64,000 nucleotides of DNA from positions 1-64,000 of the IMG/VR virus record IMGVR_UViG_3300031836_000002, one strand, 5' to 3'. Position numbers and translations under genes: made by a program. The stretch's first letter is position 1, and each line of letters opens with the position of its first letter. Below the pieces are notes generated by a model. It made no database searches, was not told where the DNA came from, and was given only the letters and a program-made list of their open reading frames with translations. Below, one piece after another: positions 57,941 to 64,000 of the stretch. Source of the DNA: a virus (Duplodnaviria; Caudoviricetes).

Positions 57941-58792
57941 GATGTCCTCTGTGGTAGTCGGTATGGGTTACTGGGGAGCTTGGTGATTCCGGACGCTGCT
58001 GCCACGTCTGCCATGGTGAGCACTCCGCGGGTCCATGCTGCCTGCTGTACGCCTCTGAGAGCGCTCTGGAGGCGTATATCGGCCTTCTCGTAGGATCGGT
58101 CTGCTAACTCGATTTCAAGGTCTGTGTCTCCCACGAGAGCCTCTGCTCGGCGTGACGTGGTGGTGATCATGTAATTGAGAGCCTTCTGGAATTCGTCCTC
58201 TAGCTGCGTCTCGGCGTCCTTCATGAGGGCGCTCTGTCGTAGCTGGATCTCGGTCTCTGTGCGATCCCGTACTTGTCGAGCTTGCTGGAGCGAGTGCGTG
58301 GCGTCGCTGCCATAGGACCTGCCCGTATCGGACAGGGAACCCATGGCTTCTTTGACCTGCTGGGTGTCTCGGTCAATGCCGTCTTGGTAGCTCATTTCCG
58401 TACCCCTTCTGGCCATGCAAGGCCGCGTTCTTCGCGGATGGTGTCGAGCACCTTCAGGGTGTCTCGCAAACTGGCTGCGTACTCCTGCATCGAGGCGTAC
58501 AGGACTGCACTCTCGTGAATCTCTGTAGTGAATGTGATCTTGTTGATGAGCTGCCAGTCGGTCAGCTCGCGCTGTCCTGCAATGAACTCGGTGGCTTCGT
58601 CTGGTGTCTTCGTCATGGTGTCTCCTTACGTCAGTTCTTCTGGGAACACACTGAATGTGTGTCCATCTTCTGCTTGCACGAGAATTCGGGTTCCCTCGGG
58701 GCGTGCCTCAATGATCTCGACCTGCTGCCCGCTGTACTTGTTCAGGCGGTGATTCCCGCCCTCTCCAAGGGTGAATGTGGTCACGATGTCTC

Positions 58793-59191
58793 CTAGATGT
58801 TGTGGAGGGCTACGCGGATCCGAGCCTGCGAGCGCATCTGCTGTACAAATTCTTCTATGGTCAGTGATTGGCTCTCACCATTAGGCAGTCCTTCTTCGTT
58901 CAGGACCCATGCCTCGATGGTGCCTTCTTCTTCGATCTGCGATACCTCTCGGACCCATTCGGTCAGCTGGTCTTCGCTCTGCTCGATGATCCACACGTTG
59001 TGTGCGTTCTGAGCTTCTTCGCTCTTCCGGAGAGATGCACTCTTTCGGCCTGCTGCGGCTGCTCGGCGGCGGTTCAGCGCTGCTGTGGTGTATGTGTTCG
59101 TTCCGGTACCGTTGCATCCCCAGCACGTGCCCCATCCGAAGTTGCCACTGCCATTGCATTTCCAGCAACTCACTGTCGTCATGTCTGCCAT
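58793..59191 (-). CDS. Protein with DnaJ-type CxxCxGxG zinc-finger motifs
   Basis: CWKCNGSG...CWGCNGTG; ATG 59191 follows the cassette SD. Confidence 0.7.
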   Translation of the reverse strand: MADMTTVSCWKCNGSGNFGWGTCWGCNGTGTNTYTTAALNRRRAAAAGRKSASLRKSEEAQNAHNVWIIEQSEDQLTEWVREVSQIEEEGTIEAWVLNEEGLPNGESQSLTIEEFVQQMRSQARIRVALHNI

Positions 59192-59250
59192 GGGATCTCC
59201 TTCAGTTGACTTTACTCTTTGAGCATAGCACATAGATTGCAATTGCAATA
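59192..59250 (-). promoter_or_regulatory. Repeated palindrome-promoter-leader-SD cassette
   Basis: TATTGCAATTGCAATC-N7-TATGCT-CAAAGAGTAAAGTCAACTGAAGGAG. Confidence 0.8.
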
Positions 59251-59867
59251 CCAACTAGAAAGAAACTCGGTCAGTTGGCGAGAGTTCCTCCTGTGGGGCA
59301 TGGAAGATCTCGCGTGTGGCCACAGACTCGATGATGCACTCCCCATCTGGAAGATCGTGGGAGTACAGGAAGTAGTTACCCTGCGTATCGGCCACAATCT
59401 GTCCTCTGCGGAATGTCATGAGGCTTTCCGGGCACAAGGGGCCACGGCGTACCAATCGTCTTCGTAGCCGTCATCCTCGGTTGGTATGAATTTTCTGGCC
59501 CGTACCTCGGTGTGAGCGCGGCGTCCGTGAGAGCATCCCACTGCATGGATCGTGGTGGGCTTATCTGGGGCCTGATGGATCTCGATGGCTTCGACCTTGA
59601 TGGGATGTGTCAGGTGGCTCATATCGACTCCTAACCGAATCGCTTCATCTGGCGGTGGAAGTTCTTTCCCTTGTCGGTGAACATCAGGCGTCCTGCGCGG
59701 CTGCTCCAGCGGACGTATCCCGATGAGGTGGCTGCCCGTACTGCACCGGACAGTTCCAGTCCTGCGGGCTGCTTAGCGGCTACTGCGCGGAATAGGGCCT
59801 TGATCTGTGCGACCTGTGGGGCCAGCTCTCCATTGACCTGAGCTTCTAATTCTTGAATCGTTGCCAT

Positions 59868-59928
59868 GGTGTCTCCTTCAGTTGACCTTACTCTTTGAGT
59901 CTAGCTGGTTAGGATGTCAATTGCAACC
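59868..59928 (-). promoter_or_regulatory. Repeated palindrome-promoter-leader-SD cassette
   Basis: TTGCAA-N17-TAGACT-CAAAGAGTAAGGTCAACTGAAGGAGACACC. Confidence 0.8.
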
Positions 59929-60389
59929 TATGCGGCTACGGTCTCGCTAACCAGTGTCAGCTCTGGAAACTTGCCACGTCGGCCTGCCGGGAAATTGACG
60001 ACGAATCGTGCGCCCATGAATATCAAGATTGTGCCCTCTTCGATGAGGTAGGCGATCTCGTCGGGCTGTGCATGCGCGGTGAGCATCGTGCCCTGTTCGA
60101 ACATATAAGCATGCGGGCCTTCGACTAGAGGGCCTCGGTACTCGGTACGGTGGAAGCTCCCTGCATCCCATCCGCCAAAGCTGTAGAAGTCGTGCAGCGT
60201 GTGGCCGTGGTACATGTTGGGGTTAGCGGCCAACTTGATACGAGAGAAGCTGTTGAGGGCTACCGTGTCATTGTTGCCACCCTCTGGTGTGCCTTCGAGT
60301 ACATGCACGGAGTTGTCGGTAGTCAGTTGACTCTCGAAAAGAATGTCGAGGTTGATCTCTGGGCCTATGTCCATAACGTGTGTCTTCAT

Positions 60390-60450
60390 GGTGTCTCCTT
60401 CAGTAGTTGACCTTACTCTTTGAGCATAGCACAAGATTGCTTTTGACTCA
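60390..60450 (-). promoter_or_regulatory. Repeated palindrome-promoter-leader-SD cassette
   Basis: GTCAAAAGCAATC-N6-TATGCT-CAAAGAGTAAGGTCAAC. Confidence 0.8.
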
Positions 60451-60660
60451 CTACTCTCCACGGGCCTCTCGGCCTGCCTTACGGGCTGCTGTGCATACCT
60501 CTGTGAGATGGGCGATTGTCTCGGTGGTCATGGTCATCACAGGTTTTCCTCCGCTGAGCGCTGTCCACTCGTTACCCTGCTCGTCTAGGTAGGTCTCGAT
60601 CTCGGCCTGTCCTGATCCCATGGTTGAGCGGGTCGTGCGTATGAGCTTGAGTGGTGCCAT

Positions 60661-60716
60661 GGTGTCTCCTAGTGTCTGGTGGGCTGTGAGCTTAGCACAA
60701 GATTGCATTTGACTCA
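60661..60716 (-). promoter_or_regulatory. Cassette variant lacking the leader box
   Basis: GTCAAATGCAATC-N6-TAAGCT; SD AGGAGACACC. Confidence 0.65.
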
Positions 60717-60721
60717 CTCAA

Positions 60722-61186
60722 CTAGCCCACCTGTTTCGTAATATGGAACTTGCCACACGTGCAGCGGTAGACACGCATCCCGTGCCCGGTGCCTCCTGAT
60801 GACTTCAGTGCCCATCGGCTGGCGTAGAACTCGCTGGGGAATGCACGCTTCTTAGGCGTTGGACACTTCGGCTTCCCTTTCTTCGTGTACTCCACTGGCG
60901 GTTGCTCCACTGGTTGCTCCGCTCGGCTGCTCGGTGTGCGGTGCCGCTGGCAGTACCTCGGTGCCTCCGCGGTGGGTTCGTGCCATGGCGGGGTGAAGCT
61001 CCACTCGGCGTCACAGAAAGTGCACACGTGCTTCTGAGGATCGGGTTCCCGTGAGATAGTCCGGGCGAGGATACCGAGCTGGAACTCTAAATCTTCTTTC
61101 CTCAGTGGCTCCTCGTAGTCGGCGTGGGCCTTTCGGGTTCTCCCGTTGGTGTCGGTAATGGTGATGCTCAAGCTGCGTGCTTTCAT
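60722..61186 (-). CDS. Cys/His-rich hypothetical protein
   Basis: CTFC, YC..H, CPTPKKRAF...RVYRCTCGKFHITK. Confidence 0.7.
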   Translation of the reverse strand: MKARSLSITITDTNGRTRKAHADYEEPLRKEDLEFQLGILARTISREPDPQKHVCTFCDAEWSFTPPWHEPTAEAPRYCQRHRTPSSRAEQPVEQPPVEYTKKGKPKCPTPKKRAFPSEFYASRWALKSSGGTGHGMRVYRCTCGKFHITKQVG

Positions 61187-61263
61187 ATCGGTCTCCTCGA
61201 TGTCGGTATGGACTCTTTGAGATTAGCACAAGATTGCATTTGACATAGGTTGCAATTGCAACT
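61187..61263 (-). promoter_or_regulatory. Cassette with two tandem palindromes
   Basis: GATTGCATTTGACATA and GGTTGCAATTGCAACT adjacent (plus-strand reading); -10 TAATCT. Confidence 0.7.
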
Positions 61264-61822
61264 ATACTGAGAGTAGGCCTAGGTCCTCATTGGTGAGGGC
61301 GAACTCTCCGTGGTGTAGCTTCACGGCCTCGTCATAGGCTCGCGCGGCGTCTGCCACCTCTCGGTGCATGCTGCTGTAGACCTGCCTGCCGTTGAGCTTC
61401 ACACGGGCCTGCCAGCGTGCCTTGTCCTTTCTCCACCGGACACCCTTGAATCCTGAGGTCGCATTGATGCTGTATCGGTTGCGGGACTGCTCCCCTGCGG
61501 TTGCGGAGCGTAGGTTCTCCCGGCGATTGTCGAGCGTGTTCCGGTTGACGTGATCCACTGAGGTGCCCGAAACAAGAATCAGGCTTGCCAGCGCGTACGT
61601 GCTCCCAACCCGTAGGCCTCGACTGAGTGCGTACGTCGTGGGTAGGTGCGTGACTACCGCGATGTAATCGCCCTGCCTCACAACCCTGAGGGTGAATTGG
61701 GATGCGAATTCTAGGTCCTCTGGGGACACCAGAACCTCGTGCAGCTCGCCAGTGCTGCGATCCAGCGCCTCCAAGCGAGTGGTTCCGAGTATTGGTGCAT
61801 TACGAGGTCGGCCACGAGTCAT
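61262..61822 (-). CDS. HNH homing endonuclease with AP2 domain
   Basis: VDHVNRNTLDNRRENLR; SGFKGVRW...WQAR...AARAYD...HGEFA..N. Confidence 0.9.
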   Translation of the reverse strand: MTRGRPRNAPILGTTRLEALDRSTGELHEVLVSPEDLEFASQFTLRVVRQGDYIAVVTHLPTTYALSRGLRVGSTYALASLILVSGTSVDHVNRNTLDNRRENLRSATAGEQSRNRYSINATSGFKGVRWRKDKARWQARVKLNGRQVYSSMHREVADAARAYDEAVKLHHGEFALTNEDLGLLSV

Positions 61823-61862
61823 GGAAAAAAGGTTACACCAATATGCGCAAAAAGCTAGACAT

Positions 61863-62087
61863 GGTTGCAATTGACATCTATAATAAGAATATAGGGTAAA
61901 CCGAGACGGCAGAGGCCGAGGGAGGGGTGAGAGTAGAAGGCTGCCATAAAATAGTGGCGATATGAGCGCGCGGGTGGTACAACCCCTATCGGTTCATTCG
62001 CCGTGATTCCCGGCCCTGTCCTTCTGTCTCCTCTCGCTGGCTGACCTTACGTCTTTAGTCTAACAACTTTAGATGTCAATTGCAACC
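61863..62087. repeat. Non-coding segment bounded by perfect 18-bp inverted repeats
   Basis: GGTTGCAATTGACATCTA (61863-61880) and TAGATGTCAATTGCAACC (62070-62087). Confidence 0.85.
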
Positions 62088-62096
62088 TCTAGAGAC

Positions 62097-62138
62097 AAGA
62101 AAAGACGCATATCCAGATAATACAGATATGCGTCTTTG
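62097..62138 (-). terminator. Intrinsic terminator downstream of the dNMP kinase gene
   Basis: 13-bp stem AAAGACGCATATC/GATATGCGTCTTT with T-rich tail. Confidence 0.75.
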
Positions 62139-62190
62139 TGTCTTTGACTACACGATGGACATCGTACAGTCATCGACTACAGCCTGTCAA

Positions 62191-63519
62191 TTAGTGATCG
62201 TAGGGTGTGCCTGACTGAGCTGCGCGGATCTCGGCATCGGCTGCCAGTCGTGCCTTGTACTCGATCCTGTTGACTACCTGCCTGACTAGTACCTCCAGAT
62301 TCTTCAGGTTGCTGCTGTTGAAGATCACGTAGTCGGCATCGTCTTGACTGATGCTGTTCTCACTGCTGTGGTCGGTGACATCTTTCCCGTCATTGTCTCG
62401 CTGCACGTAGATGAGCACACCGCCCGCGGCCTTCACGGGTTCCCAGTCCTCGTGGTACCGCACACCTGCAACTATGCCTGAGTGCCCCTCGGCGGCGATC
62501 TGAGTGAGTTTCTCTGCTACGGGGATGTTCCATATGCCCATCCCGAATGTGCCTCGTGCTGCGTCGGTTCCCGAGGTGCGTAGTAGTCGCCTCACATCGG
62601 GAATATCCTTGGCGTCTTCATATCCGATTGCCTCAATGACATCCGCATATCTCATGTACTGAGCTGTGCCCTCTGGGACCATTCCCGCAGGCACCTGCAC
62701 GTAAGAGTTCTGTTGAATCAAGAATTTGTTCAGGGCATCCGAGACATTGAATTTCACATAAGGGCCTCGGCGTTCGATCATGTTGGCCACGGTGTCTTTT
62801 CCTGCTCGGGTACCTGAGCCTGCGATGGCAATTGGCACGGTGATGCGTTGTTTCTTTGTCGGTGTGCTGCCCAATATGCGCTGTGCTGCCGCCTGTGCGG
62901 CTATGTGGACCCTTTCACTGCTCTTGTGGGTTCGGCTAGGGGTAACTAGCTCTACGGCCTTCTGAGGGGCACTGAGCGATTCCCGTAGTGCTTGCTTGGC
63001 TTCCCCTACGGCCTCATGAGCTGTGGCGATCTGGATCGTGTCCGCGTGACCCATGATGCGGTCCAACTCATTCTCGGCGTCGATGAGTTTCTGGAGTGCC
63101 TTTGCTCGTATCGAGATCGTCCATGAGGGCGTCGCCATATCTGCTGGGAATATCGCCGGGTGATCGAGGTAGATCCTCTCGATACGGGCTGTGACCTTCT
63201 GAGCGTCCGCGGTCGTTTGATTAGCTGCCCGGTAGTCCTCGTCCTGCATCTGGGCGTAATAGTCCTCGTTCAGTTCCAATACCTCCGCTTGAAGCTTGCG
63301 CTCGGTGTCGAGGATCTCTTGAATGAGGTCACGGGTAAGTCTGACAGCTGTGTTGTTCTCATTCCACACTTCGGGTGCCACGTTGATACCTGTCGCGGGC
63401 TGCACTAGGTCACCGATATGCGTGAATTTGTTCTGCAAGTCCTCAGCGCGCTGTTCCCGTAGGCCTTGGCGCACGGCATCAGTGATGAAGGCTTTGAGCT
63501 TCTTGTCTGGGATGGGCAT
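62191..63519 (-). CDS. Deoxynucleoside monophosphate kinase domain with long helical N-terminal extension
   Basis: IAIAG.G..AGKDTVA, SDAL, VRRLL...GTD..R, GVRY..D, GG.LIYV.R, HSSE, ADYVIFN. Confidence 0.8.
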   Translation of the reverse strand: MPIPDKKLKAFITDAVRQGLREQRAEDLQNKFTHIGDLVQPATGINVAPEVWNENNTAVRLTRDLIQEILDTERKLQAEVLELNEDYYAQMQDEDYRAANQTTADAQKVTARIERIYLDHPAIFPADMATPSWTISIRAKALQKLIDAENELDRIMGHADTIQIATAHEAVGEAKQALRESLSAPQKAVELVTPSRTHKSSERVHIAAQAAAQRILGSTPTKKQRITVPIAIAGSGTRAGKDTVANMIERRGPYVKFNVSDALNKFLIQQNSYVQVPAGMVPEGTAQYMRYADVIEAIGYEDAKDIPDVRRLLRTSGTDAARGTFGMGIWNIPVAEKLTQIAAEGHSGIVAGVRYHEDWEPVKAAGGVLIYVQRDNDGKDVTDHSSENSISQDDADYVIFNSSNLKNLEVLVRQVVNRIEYKARLAADAEIRAAQSGTPYDH

Positions 63520-64000
63520 GGTCTACTCGTTTCCAAATTCTTGTTTGCGATCTGCTGCGGTGTCATGGTGTCTTATACGCCTTTGGCTCCATCTGGGCAG
63601 TGGTTCGCCTGACCGTCTCTGCGCGTAGCTCGGCTAGTTTGCGCTGGGCATAGTTGCCTTTGGGTTCCGCCCCGGTTGCGATCCTGTCCAGTTCCCTGAG
63701 CATGTCCACTCGTGCGAGGGCCTCTGAGGTGCCTTGGCTTTCGAGAAACTCGATGAGGGTCTTGTCATTCAATGAGCTGTGCCTCCAGCTGGGCAATCTT
63801 CTCGTCATACTTCTCGGCTAGCCTCCACAGTTCCCGGCGCACGGCCTGCGTCCTCTTGGACTGGATCGTGGCTATCGTCTGGGTTAGCTGTTGCTGCGAT
63901 AGCTGCACCTTCCCTCTCACGCTGCGTGCCCGTGCTCTAGCTCGGTAGTGCCTTGGCCACACGTAGGGCAGTTGCCTGCCTCGATGAGTAGCTCGGTGTA

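Noticed and set aside
51300-60717. Apparent shared N-terminal peptide (..LCYAQ..RSTEGDT) in several ORFs
   Set aside because: Artifact of translating the repeated promoter cassette; the true starts follow the SD.
30353-62087. Repeated cassettes as a CRISPR array or integron attC array
   Set aside because: Spacing is irregular and gene-sized, the copies contain -10 and SD elements, and there is no cas1/cas2 or integrase in the window; the Cas4-like gene is a solo phage nuclease.
1106-63628. Numerous long plus-strand ORFs antisense to minus-strand genes
   Set aside because: Shadow ORFs without SDs or motifs; only 26626-29029 and ~36785-37112 look like real plus-strand genes.
1-64000. tRNA or rRNA genes
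   Set aside because: No cloverleaf with a T-loop GTTCRA in a non-coding gap was recognised by eye; tRNAscan-SE or ARAGORN would be decisive.

Overview
This window is 64 kb of a large tailed-phage genome, most likely an actinobacteriophage (SD sequences AGGAGACACC-ATG, TetR-type regulator, LPxTG mini-protein, actinophage-type accessory genes). Almost all genes are on the minus strand. Left arm (1-23.5 kb), in transcription order: epimerase plus two glycosyltransferases, possible small terminase, intein-containing large terminase, Mu-gp29-type portal, effector block, Mu-type protease/scaffold, decoration protein, and the start of the major capsid gene. The effector block holds a 1044-aa GNAT/zeta-kinase/alarmone-synthetase protein, a 97-aa protein, MuF, and a ~2520-aa repeat/kinase/ART-like giant. 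The 1044-aa, 97-aa and giant proteins share one N-terminal signature, and each large enzyme gene is followed by two small candidate immunity genes. Middle (23.5-39 kb): replication/recombination genes (DnaX-like clamp loader, beta clamp, split SbcC/SbcD, Cas4-like and MmcB-like nucleases) and a plus-strand island with a processive GT2 and an LPxTG mini-protein. Right arm (39-64 kb): dense small early genes punctuated by a repeated palindrome-promoter-leader-SD cassette, a zone of ORFs built from shuffled shared modules, a DNA methyltransferase, an HNH-AP2 endonuclease and a dNMP kinase. I found no tRNA, rRNA or CRISPR array. All functional calls come from reading motifs by eye; no database searches were run.
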